DNA of 57,552 nucleotides, taken from a virus. Its lineage: Duplodnaviria; Caudoviricetes. Below the pieces are notes generated by a model, which was given only the letters and a program-made list of their open reading frames with translations, was not told the origin of the DNA and did no database searches. Shown here in pieces: positions 49,487-57,552 of the stretch. The translations under genes and the position numbers were made by a program. The stretch spans positions 1 through 57,552 of IMG/VR virus record IMGVR_UViG_3300023174_000194; one strand, given 5' to 3'. How positions within the stretch are numbered: position 1 is the first letter of the stretch; each line of letters begins with the position of its first letter.

Positions 49487-50896
49487 TTAGACCTTGGAGT
49501 TGTGGACAACCATGTTACCAGCGATGATTGTATCTACAGGGAATGCATTAAACTTAAATACATTTCTTGTTTCTGTGATATATTCTACGCTTGTTACAGG
49601 TGTTTCTGTCATGCCATTGTCTGTTGCTTCAAAGATAAAGTCTGTTGTCAATACCTTTTCTGCTTCAAGGAAGATGTGAGTGTTGTCTCTCTTAATGAGA
49701 ACCTTTTCTCCCTCAGTAAATCTCTTACCCTTGTCACCGTTAAAGAATAGTGTCTTCTCTTTAACTGATGGTTCGATGGCAATAATTTCTGAAGTAACTC
49801 TTTCAATTCCGTCTAGAATTTCTGGATATACTGTTGATGCTGATGGATCAACTGATTCGTCTAGTAGACCATTCCAGTTAATAGACCAGATCTTATCTCC
49901 GACAACAATATCTTTTGCTGCCTTAGATTCTACAGAATCTGTAACTCCAATAACTTGAATCTGTGTATCTTCATCAATACAGTATCTAAGAGGTACGAAT
50001 GAGTAAGATGGTGTAAACGCATATGGTGTAAATGAATATGGTGAAAATGCGTACGGAGTAAATGAATAAGGTGCAAATGAATATGGTACGAATGAGTACA
50101 CTGGTGTAAATGAATACGGTGCAAATGAGTATGGCACGAATGAATAAACTGGTGTGAATGAATACACTGGAGTAAACGCATATGGTGTAAACGCATAAGG
50201 TGTAAATGAGTAAACTGGTGTGAATGCATACGGAGTAAACGCATAAGGCGTAAATGAGTATGGTGTAAATGAGAATGTTGTAACTGATCCAGATGATGCT
50301 GAAACCACAGAGTTGCCGTTAGCATTAGTTGCATAGACTGTGTATGTTTGAGATGTTCCGCCTTCTTGGTTTACAGAAACAGATAATCCAGCAGTTGATC
50401 CACCCTTAGCATCTGAAGACGCCCAAGTATAAGAGGTAATTGCAGAACCACCATTATCTGGTGCTGTCCAAGAAACGCTGTCAGTGGTTGTACCTGCTAC
50501 GTTAGCACCAGCAGATGGAGTAGGTGATGATACAGATGGAGCACTAGGTGTTGCTGGAACTGTTGTAACAGTTACTGCAGCAGATGCTGAAGATGCTACA
50601 GAATTTCCTGCAGCATTTGATGCTACTACTGTGAATGTTGGGGTTGCATTTGATGCAATTCCAGTTACAATAATTGGAGAGGCTGAGCCTGTTCCTGTTT
50701 GTCCTGTACTTGCAGTTACTGTATAGGATGTAGCAGCAGGTGAAAGTGCTGGTAAGGAAAACGCTACAGATACAGCACCATTATTAAATGCTCTTCCTGT
50801 TCCTACGTTTGTTCCTGTAACACCTGTTGGTGCCATTGGCTCCAAGAAGTCATTTGACGCTTGTGCCTTTCTTCCGATCTTTTTACCTGCTGCCAT
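49487..50896 (-). CDS. Two FN3-like domains + aromatic/proline pentapeptide repeats + C-terminal Hint (intein-like) domain
   Basis: FN3: VSWTAPDNGGSAITSY..YTVYATNANG. Repeat tract. Hint: CIDEDTQI..DIVVGD..VTSVE..IIAGNMVVHN-SKV. Confidence 0.85.
   Translation of the reverse strand: MAAGKKIGRKAQASNDFLEPMAPTGVTGTNVGTGRAFNNGAVSVAFSLPALSPAATSYTVTASTGQTGTGSASPIIVTGIASNATPTFTVVASNAAGNSVASSASAAVTVTTVPATPSAPSVSSPTPSAGANVAGTTTDSVSWTAPDNGGSAITSYTWASSDAKGGSTAGLSVSVNQEGGTSQTYTVYATNANGNSVVSASSGSVTTFSFTPYSFTPYAFTPYAFTPVYSFTPYAFTPYAFTPVYSFTPVYSFVPYSFAPYSFTPVYSFVPYSFAPYSFTPYAFSPYSFTPYAFTPSYSFVPLRYCIDEDTQIQVIGVTDSVESKAAKDIVVGDKIWSINWNGLLDESVDPSASTVYPEILDGIERVTSEIIAIEPSVKEKTLFFNGDKGKRFTEGEKVLIKRDNTHIFLEAEKVLTTDFIFEATDNGMTETPVTSVEYITETRNVFKFNAFPVDTIIAGNMVVHNSKV
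49991..50275 (-). repeat. 18 tandem copies of (Y/F)-(S/A)-F-(T/V/A/S)-P with five single-residue spacers
   Basis: Counted from the translation: 285 nt = 95 aa; 15-nt units with synonymous variation. Confidence 0.95.
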
Positions 50897-50929
50897 GATT
50901 AATCTCCTATTTTCTTATTGAATTTTGTA

Positions 50930-53413
50930 TTACGCTGTCAAGTCGCCAAAGACAACCCATGTATTTGCTGCTCTCTTAAAGAGAGTTGCAGATGACCACT
51001 GTGTACGAAGTTTTAAACCTGGTGTTGAGTTAACTGTAACTGTTCCATCTACTGGGGCAATAGTTACTTGTCCTGCTCCAGTTTGAAGAATATCAATAGA
51101 TGTTCCTATTGGATACGCTACTGCTGTATTTGTTGGGATTGTAATTGTTGTACCAGATGCAGAAGAAACTTCAATTAATGAATCTCTTTCTGTAAGTGCT
51201 GAAAGTGTATAGGATGCTGTCTTTTGAACAATTGGTGTCCGTGATGCTACACCTTCTTTTGTCTGTGTACCGTCTGTAAATGCTACTCCTGCTGCTGCAA
51301 CTGTTACTGTTCCAGTAAATGTAGGTGAAGCAAGTGGAGCCTTTAGAGCAAGTGAGTTTGTTACTGTTGTTGAGAATGATGCGTCATTTCCAAGCGCAGT
51401 TGCTAACTCATTAAGAGTATCAAGTGCTGCTGGTGCTGACGCTACAAGTGCTGCAACCTCTCCACGAACATAGGCTGTTGTTGCAACCTGTGTAGTGTTA
51501 GTTGCTACTGCTGCTGTAGGTGCTGTTGGAACACCAGTAAGTGCTGGTGAGGCAAGCGGTGCGTATGTTGACGCTGCTGTTGCTGAAGCAAGTTTTAGAT
51601 CAAGTGCTGTTTGTGTAGCAGTTGAAACTGGCTTTGCACTATCTGCTGTATTATCAACATTTGCAAGTCCTACCATAGACTTTGTAATACCTGAGACAGT
51701 TCCTGTAAATGTAGGGCCTGCAAGTGGTGCGTATGTTGATGCTGCAGTTGCAGAAGCAAGTTTAAGATCAAGTGCTGTTTGTGTAGCAGTTGAAATTGGC
51801 TTTGCTGTGTCCGCAGTATTATCTACAGAATCCAAGCCAACCATTGACTTAGTAATTCCTGAAACTGTTCCTGTGAAGGTTGGTGATGCTAGTGGTGCTT
51901 TTGCAGCGAGAGAATTTGTAATTGTTGTTGAGAATGAAGCATCGTTACCAAGTGCTGATGCCAACTCATTAAGAGTGTCAAGCGCTGCTGGTGCTGATGC
52001 AACTAATGCTGATGCTGCATTTGATGCTGCTCGATCTGCGTATGCTGTAGTAGCAATTTTAGTGCTATTATCTGCAGCAGATGCTGTTGGAGCAGTTGGT
52101 GTACCAGTTAGTGCTGGTGAAGCAAGAGGTGCCTTGGCATCAAGTGCTGTTTGCTGTGCTGTAGAAACTGGCTTTGCTGAATCTGCAGTGTTATCAACTG
52201 ATCCTAAACCAACCATGCTCTTTGTAATACCTGATACAGTTCCTGTAAATGTTGGTGAAGCAATTGGTGCTTTAGTTCCAACTAAAGTAGCAAGAGTTGC
52301 TGCTGTTCCTTCATCTGCTGTTAAAGCAATTGCAATTTCGTTAAGAGTATCTAGTGTTGCAGGTGCTGATGCTACTACTGCTGCAACTGCTGTTGATGCT
52401 GCATTATCAGCATATGTCTTAGTTGCAAGAAGCGCTGTATCTGCAATACCATGAACATTTGTTGTTGCTGAATTGTGTGTTGAAAGTGCTGATCCTGCTG
52501 CAGTCGCTGCTGCAGAAGTTGCTGCAGACTGGGCATCTGAAGCCTTTCCATCAGCATAAACCTTAGTTGCTAGAAGTGCTGTGTCAGCAATTCCATGAAC
52601 ATTTGTTGTGTCTGCTTCGTGTGCTGCTACTGCTGTTGAAATTGCTGTTGTAGTTGCTGCAGTTGTAGCAAGAAGTGATGTGTCTGCAATACCATGAACA
52701 GCAGTAGTGTCATTGTTATGTGTTGTAATAGAAGCATCTGAGTAAGACTCTGAGGCTGTTGCTGCTGCTGCTATTGCTTGTGATTTACCAGTTGCAACCT
52801 TGTTTGTTGCATCTGTTGCTGCTGCTGCGATTGCTTCTGACTTGGCAGTTGCTACTGTTGTTGCAGTTGCAAGAACTGCTGTATCTGCAATACCATGAAC
52901 ATTTGTTGTATCTGAATTGTGTACTCCAATTTTTGTATCTGCTGTACCTGCTGCAGATGCAATTGCTGCGGATTGAGCAGTTGATGCTTCAAGAGTTGCT
53001 GCTGCTGCAACATCTGAAACTTCTGACTTAAGTGCTAGAAGTGCTGTATTAGCAATTCCATGAATATTTGTTGTGTCTATAGCATGTGTATTAATTGCTG
53101 CTGTAGCAAAAGCAGTTGATTCGTCTACCGATGTGTTGATTGATGCTTCAATTGCAGTACCAAAGTTGGCGTCATCGCCGATGGCTGCTGCTAGTTCATT
53201 AAGAGTGTTGAGTAGATCTGGGGCACCGTCTACAAGAGCAGCAATTTCGGCTGCAGAAGCATAATATGTCAGAGCAGACCAAGTGTTTACTCCATCACCA
53301 ATCTTAAACTTATTTGTTCCGCTTTCGAATCCAATTTCTCCTGCTGCTAGAATTGGATTTGCAGTAGTCCACTGCGTTGCAGTTCCTCTGCGCTGTTGCA
53401 TTCTTGTTGCCAT
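50930..53413 (-). CDS. Tail fibre protein with Mtd-N-like N-terminus and repetitive shaft
   Basis: MQQRRGT..W..NPILAAGEIGFE..KFKIGDG, 5x HGIA(D/N)T, 4x (D/N)TLNE(L/I)A, repeated APLASPTFTG, and C-terminal WVVFGDLTA domain. Confidence 0.8.
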   Translation of the reverse strand: MATRMQQRRGTATQWTTANPILAAGEIGFESGTNKFKIGDGVNTWSALTYYASAAEIAALVDGAPDLLNTLNELAAAIGDDANFGTAIEASINTSVDESTAFATAAINTHAIDTTNIHGIANTALLALKSEVSDVAAAATLEASTAQSAAIASAAGTADTKIGVHNSDTTNVHGIADTAVLATATTVATAKSEAIAAAATDATNKVATGKSQAIAAAATASESYSDASITTHNNDTTAVHGIADTSLLATTAATTTAISTAVAAHEADTTNVHGIADTALLATKVYADGKASDAQSAATSAAATAAGSALSTHNSATTNVHGIADTALLATKTYADNAASTAVAAVVASAPATLDTLNEIAIALTADEGTAATLATLVGTKAPIASPTFTGTVSGITKSMVGLGSVDNTADSAKPVSTAQQTALDAKAPLASPALTGTPTAPTASAADNSTKIATTAYADRAASNAASALVASAPAALDTLNELASALGNDASFSTTITNSLAAKAPLASPTFTGTVSGITKSMVGLDSVDNTADTAKPISTATQTALDLKLASATAASTYAPLAGPTFTGTVSGITKSMVGLANVDNTADSAKPVSTATQTALDLKLASATAASTYAPLASPALTGVPTAPTAAVATNTTQVATTAYVRGEVAALVASAPAALDTLNELATALGNDASFSTTVTNSLALKAPLASPTFTGTVTVAAAGVAFTDGTQTKEGVASRTPIVQKTASYTLSALTERDSLIEVSSASGTTITIPTNTAVAYPIGTSIDILQTGAGQVTIAPVDGTVTVNSTPGLKLRTQWSSATLFKRAANTWVVFGDLTA

Positions 53414-53455
53414 ATTTTATTTCTCCTTATGGGTGCTGCCCAATTACTTAACCTT

Positions 53456-53464
53456 ATTATAACA
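53456..53464 (-). promoter_or_regulatory. Extended -10 TGTTATAAT
   Basis: Intergenic, upstream of the SD AAGGAG of the fibre gene. Confidence 0.6.
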
Positions 53465-53472
53465 TCAATTTT

Positions 53473-53922
53473 TTAATTGAAATTATCTACTACACTACCG
53501 CCATCAAATACAACTGTCCAAACTGATGTGTCTGGGCCACCTGCATCTAAACCTACACCCAATGGGCTATTAAATGATCCGCCTTCATAAAACTGGGATA
53601 CTATGAAACCAGTTCCATCAATTGCAGTATCGTGAATATGCTGTGGAAGATTATTTGTATCATCAATAGTTGCCTGGGTATACCATGCTCCATTGTAATA
53701 GAAATTAACTCTGTTTGTTCCTGTGTCTAGCCATTGCGTTCCATTTGTTGGTGAAGAGGGAGCAGTACTGCCAACAGACATTGATACTGAGTCAACATAC
53801 TCCTTGGTTGCTGCATGAGTAGAAAGAGTTGGTGTTCCTACTGTTACTGCACTTCCGAATGTACCGCCGTTTGCTACGACTAAGCCATTCTTGACCTTGA
53901 AGTCTTTATTCTCTGTTGTCAT
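53473..53922 (-). CDS. Short fibre / adaptor protein
   Basis: KDFKVKNGLVV N-terminus, HAATKEYVD, APSSPTNGTQWLD, and C-terminal EGG/DAGG/DGG motifs. Confidence 0.65.
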   Translation of the reverse strand: MTTENKDFKVKNGLVVANGGTFGSAVTVGTPTLSTHAATKEYVDSVSMSVGSTAPSSPTNGTQWLDTGTNRVNFYYNGAWYTQATIDDTNNLPQHIHDTAIDGTGFIVSQFYEGGSFNSPLGVGLDAGGPDTSVWTVVFDGGSVVDNFN

Positions 53923-53952
53923 TTATTGCTCCCTTTTCCCCACAAATTTTTA

Positions 53953-56769
53953 TTACTTAATAAGTGTTCCAGATACTTTAACTGTTGAGTTGTTTGTTGG
54001 TGTAACTCGAACTCTAACATTTGCACCTGAAATATCTGCTGTGATTGTTCCTCTTGATCCATTAGTTCCAACAATTGCATATTCTGTAATTGCAATGTTG
54101 TCTGTTGAGTCTAGAGTTACTAGAATTTCTGACATTTCATTATCTGTTCCGTTGTCAATCTTAACAAGGAGTTTGGCTGAACGATAGTCTGCCTTTGCCC
54201 ACTGATAAGCAGTTCCAACAACGGTTGCTGTTCCTGAAGAAGATGCTGCAATTTGCTTGGCCTCAGAATTTACATTTATTTCTGTAAATGCTGTTGTTCC
54301 ATCAAGTACATCATCAAGTGCTGCTTGGGCTGTAGCCTCTGCTGCAGCCTTTGCTGCATTTGCCTTAGATGTTGCATCTGCTGAAGCAGTTGCTTCTGCA
54401 CCTGACTTAGCATTGTTAGCCTTAGTTGTGGCATCTGCTGCTGCGGTTGATATTGCATTTGTAACTGCTGTTGCTCTTAGTCCTGCCTCTGATGCTACCT
54501 TAGAAGTTGCATCTGCTGAAGCGGTTGCCTCTGCTGCAGCCTGTGCTGCGTTAGCCTTTGTAGTAGCGTCTGATGCTGCTGCTGTAGTTGCTGCAGTCTG
54601 TGCAGCATCTGCTGCTGCCTTTGCGTATGCAGTTGTTGCGACCTGAGTTGTATTTGTACCTGCTGCAGCAGTTGGTGCTGTAGGTGTACCAGTTAATGCT
54701 GGTGAAGCAAGTGGGGCTTTTGTTCCCAATGCAGTTGTAATAGTTGTTGTGTAATTAGCATCATCATTGATTGCTGCTGCCAATTCATTTAATGTATCAA
54801 GAAGTGCTGGTGCACCATCTACTAATGAATCTACTGCAGTTGAAATTGCTGTATTACGGTTTGTAACCTCTGTTGAGATTGCAGATGAAAGTGCTGATGC
54901 TGCAGTTGATTCTGCTGCAGTACGTGCAGCGTTAGCCTTTGAAGTAGCGTCTGCTGATGCAGTTGCAATTGCTGCAGTTACAGCAGTTGCTCTTGCAGTT
55001 GCTTCTGCTGCAACCTTGTCGGTTGCATCTGTTGCTGCAGTTGCTTCCGCACCTGACTTAGCATTATTTGCTTTTGTAGTAGCGTCTGCTGATGCTGTTG
55101 CTTCTGCTGCTGCTCGTGCAGCATTTGCTTTGCTTGTAGCATCTGCTGATGCTGTAGCCTCTGCTGCAGCCTTTGCAGCGTTTGCCTTTGAAGTAGCGTC
55201 TGCTGAAGCAGTTGCTTCTGCACCTGACTTAGCATTGTTAGCCTTAGTTGTGGCGTCTGTCGCTGCTGCTGCTACTGCATCTGAATATGCTGTGTTTGCT
55301 GATCCTGCTGCGTCATAGTTGACTGCAAGGCTATCTGCATATCCTCTTGCTGAAGTGTTTGCTGCTGCTGCTGCACCTGCTACATCGTATGCTGCTGAAG
55401 TTGCAGATAGTGCACGAGAGTTTGTGAAGTAAAGGTTGTTGCTGCCCTCTTCAATATCGTCTGTGTTAAGAAGATCAATTTGATCTCCAATTGTTCCACC
55501 TACAGCGTCAATTGCTCGCTGGTTTGTGAAGTAAAGGTTTGTACCTTCTGCTACATCAGATGTAGTTTGGTTGTCAACATAAGCCTGAGTTGCAAGAACA
55601 TCTGCACCCCACTTAACTGAAGAACCTGCTGCTGGAGTAAGAACGATATGAGAATCAGAATTGATTGTCATTGCTCCTGCGCCTGCGAAGTTTAATGTAT
55701 CTCCAATAGTCTTATTTGTTAATGTTTGTGTGTCTGTTGTTCCAACTACCGCACCAGTTACACCGTGTGCTGATGTGTCTGCTTCGTGAGTTGTAAGATT
55801 TCCTGCTACTGCATTAGCCTTAGATGTTGCGTCTGCTGATGCTGTAGCCTCTGCTGCAGCCTGTGCAGCGTTAGCCTTTGAGGTAGCGTCTGATGCAGCG
55901 TTTGATTCTGCTGTATCTACATAACCCTTAGTTGCTGCATGCAATGATGATGTTGGTGCACCTGAAAGTGTCAAAGCACCTGTCATTGTGTCGCCAGCCT
56001 TGGCAACCTTTTGTCCTACTGATGTAGCAAGATCTGTTGCATAGTTTGGATTATCTGAAATTGCTGCTGCTAATTCATTAAGTGTATCAAGAAGTGCTGG
56101 TGCTGAATCAACAAGTGCTGCAACTTCTGCATCTGTGTAAGCAATTGCTGCTGCTTCTGCTGCATCTGCTTTTGCAGTAGCGTCTGCAGATGCTGTGGCT
56201 TCTGCTGCTGCTCGTGCAGCATTTGCTTTGCTTGTTGCGTCTGCTGAGGCAGTTGCTTCTGCTGCAGTACGTGCAGCGTTAGCCTTTGAGGTAGCGTCTG
56301 CTGATGCTGTGGCTTCTGCTCCGCTCTTTGCATTGTTTGCCTTTGTAGTAGCATCTGTTGCTGCAGTTGAAATTGCAGCGTTAGCCTTGGATGTTGCATC
56401 TGATGCAGCGGTTGCTTCTGCTGCTGCTCGTGCAGCATTTGCTTTGCTTGTTGCATCTGCTGAGGCTGTAGCCTCTGCACCACTCTTGGCAGCATTTGCC
56501 TTTGTGGTTGCATCTGTTGCTGCTGCAGCCTGTGCTGCTGCTGCTGCGCCTGACGCATCAAATACGCCTGACTTAATATTTAGTTCACCAGCAACAACTT
56601 CCATCTGTGTTGATTCAACAGATGTTACGAGTGTTTGTCCACCAATTAAATCAATGATGTATTGGTCTGATGCTGTTTCTGAAAGAACTTGATTACCATT
56701 AACGGTTGCTGTTGTTCCTTCGACTACTAGGCCATTTTTGACCTTAAAGTTTTTATTTACTGTTGCCAT
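53953..56769 (-). CDS. Long Ala-rich coiled-coil tail fibre protein
   Basis: Many AEATASADATSKANAA repeats, 2x APALLDTLNELAAAI, 2x EG..NLYFTN.RA, and a C-terminal beta domain. Confidence 0.8.
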   Translation of the reverse strand: MATVNKNFKVKNGLVVEGTTATVNGNQVLSETASDQYIIDLIGGQTLVTSVESTQMEVVAGELNIKSGVFDASGAAAAAQAAAATDATTKANAAKSGAEATASADATSKANAARAAAEATAASDATSKANAAISTAATDATTKANNAKSGAEATASADATSKANAARTAAEATASADATSKANAARAAAEATASADATAKADAAEAAAIAYTDAEVAALVDSAPALLDTLNELAAAISDNPNYATDLATSVGQKVAKAGDTMTGALTLSGAPTSSLHAATKGYVDTAESNAASDATSKANAAQAAAEATASADATSKANAVAGNLTTHEADTSAHGVTGAVVGTTDTQTLTNKTIGDTLNFAGAGAMTINSDSHIVLTPAAGSSVKWGADVLATQAYVDNQTTSDVAEGTNLYFTNQRAIDAVGGTIGDQIDLLNTDDIEEGSNNLYFTNSRALSATSAAYDVAGAAAAANTSARGYADSLAVNYDAAGSANTAYSDAVAAAATDATTKANNAKSGAEATASADATSKANAAKAAAEATASADATSKANAARAAAEATASADATTKANNAKSGAEATAATDATDKVAAEATARATAVTAAIATASADATSKANAARTAAESTAASALSSAISTEVTNRNTAISTAVDSLVDGAPALLDTLNELAAAINDDANYTTTITTALGTKAPLASPALTGTPTAPTAAAGTNTTQVATTAYAKAAADAAQTAATTAAASDATTKANAAQAAAEATASADATSKVASEAGLRATAVTNAISTAAADATTKANNAKSGAEATASADATSKANAAKAAAEATAQAALDDVLDGTTAFTEINVNSEAKQIAASSSGTATVVGTAYQWAKADYRSAKLLVKIDNGTDNEMSEILVTLDSTDNIAITEYAIVGTNGSRGTITADISGANVRVRVTPTNNSTVKVSGTLIK
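54330..56530 (-). repeat. Degenerate coding repeats of about 19 aa / 57 nt (A[KR]xxAEATASADATSKAN[AN])
   Basis: Recurrent gctgatgc..gcagcgttagcctttg type units in three clusters; boundaries approximate. Confidence 0.85.
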
Positions 56770-56782
56770 TTTTTATATCTCC

Positions 56783-57229
56783 TTAAGCCTTTAATCCAAT
56801 TCGTGCGAAACGAACTGTTATAGGTGTTTGACCGCTTACTGGAGTGACTGATAAAGCCACGGTATTTCCAGTGCGTGAGACATTAATGGTGCCAATATTC
56901 CCATCATTGTCGATTGTTCCGTATTCGGTTACATTTACTCCTGTACCGTCAACAAGAACAGTTAGTTCTGTTGCATAAAATTTGTTATCCCCTTGTGAGA
57001 CCTTTGAGATTGACACAAGGTATTTGACCATTCGAAACACAGTTGCATCAAAGTTGTCAACAACCGTTGTGTTTTCAATTCCATTGATTGTAACTTCGTT
57101 ATTACCTGATGTACCCAAATCTGTTGCTTGGGATGAAAGGGTATCGATTAGATCTACGTAATCCTCCTGGGTAGGACGATCACCAGTTTGAAACTTTAAC
57201 TTAACATTCGGAATTGTGAGTTTGGCCAT
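56783..57229 (-). CDS. Virion structural protein
   Basis: FQTGDRPTQEDYVDLIDT N-terminus; its C-domain resembles the C-domain of 53953..56769. ATG lies 6 nt after TGTTATAAT (57236..57244). Confidence 0.7.
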   Translation of the reverse strand: MAKLTIPNVKLKFQTGDRPTQEDYVDLIDTLSSQATDLGTSGNNEVTINGIENTTVVDNFDATVFRMVKYLVSISKVSQGDNKFYATELTVLVDGTGVNVTEYGTIDNDGNIGTINVSRTGNTVALSVTPVSGQTPITVRFARIGLKA

Positions 57230-57262
57230 GCTGTAATTATAACATACATTTTAATAGGATAA

Positions 57263-57487
57263 TTAGAGAATGTAGTTGCTATAGCCAATAACTTGTAGTG
57301 GAATTCCTGGGGTATTTCCTAAGCCAATAGCCTGTATTTGAATGGCTGTAAACTTAACTCTAAATGGCAGGATTTCAGTTATTAAAGTGTTTATTGTAAA
57401 ATCTTCTACCTGAATTAATGGATAGTCAATAGGAAAAATTCGTTTTGTTTTATTGTTTAGTTCATCTGAGATTACTGCTGTTGCCAT
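57263..57487 (-). CDS. Hypothetical protein
   Basis: 74 aa, TAATG-coupled, ending PGIPLQVIGYSNYIL. Confidence 0.65.
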   Translation of the reverse strand: MATAVISDELNNKTKRIFPIDYPLIQVEDFTINTLITEILPFRVKFTAIQIQAIGLGNTPGIPLQVIGYSNYIL

Positions 57488-57552
57488 TAATCTGTTACAT
57501 CTTCAAGAATCTTCATGCTACCCTGACAAACTGTCCAAACTCTTGTAGGGTC
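57487..57552 (-). CDS. 3' end of an upstream gene (partial)
   Basis: DPTRVWTVCQGSMKILEDVTD*, with its stop overlapping the next ATG. Confidence 0.6.
   Translation of the reverse strand, partial: DPTRVWTVCQGSMKILEDVTD

Noticed and set aside
49991-50275. Regular short DNA repeats resembling a CRISPR array or DGR repeat
   Set aside because: The units are 15-18 nt, contiguous, in frame and vary synonymously. There are no unique spacers, no cas1/cas2 and no reverse transcriptase in the window.
51495-56692. Long plus-strand ORFs (51495..52454, 54767..55318, 56195..56692) and Gln-rich alternative minus frames
   Set aside because: These are antisense or frame shadows of GCA/GCT-rich Ala repeats, with no SD or promoter and full overlap with the fibre genes.
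1-57552. Alternative genetic code, tRNAs, integrase or lysis cassette
   Set aside because: Genes tile densely under the standard code with TAA, TAG and TGA all used as stops. The intergenic gaps are short and show no cloverleaf. I recognised no integrase or endolysin; these may lie outside the window.

Overview
A 57.5 kb segment of an AT-rich tailed dsDNA phage genome with a long non-contractile (siphovirus-type) tail. Every real gene lies on the minus strand. Read in transcription order (right to left): tail-fibre and adhesin genes; a class II B12-dependent ribonucleotide reductase; a LamG-like virion protein; portal; prohead protease with scaffold; HK97-type major capsid; head-tail joining genes; major tail; two tail-assembly chaperones; a 3166-aa tape measure; tail-tip proteins; a replication and recombination block (DnaB, DnaG, SSB, DnaE, RecA, resolvases, Cas4-like nuclease); small and large terminase; and two secreted Ala/Thr/Val-rich proteins. 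The gene set, the extended -10 promoters with leaderless starts, and the host-like surface protein suggest a freshwater actinobacteriophage (inference). The main candidate for a new system is an FN3 + 18x(Y/F-S/A-F-x-P) + C-terminal Hint-domain protein, located between a fibre gene and an uncharacterised enzyme-like gene. Also notable: tail chaperones G and GT appear to be made from duplicated genes rather than by frameshift; many genes look leaderless; a scaffold gene is nested in the protease gene; and several small genes are missing from the ORF track. I found no tRNA, rRNA, CRISPR, integrase or reverse transcriptase. All family assignments come from motif recognition, not database searches.
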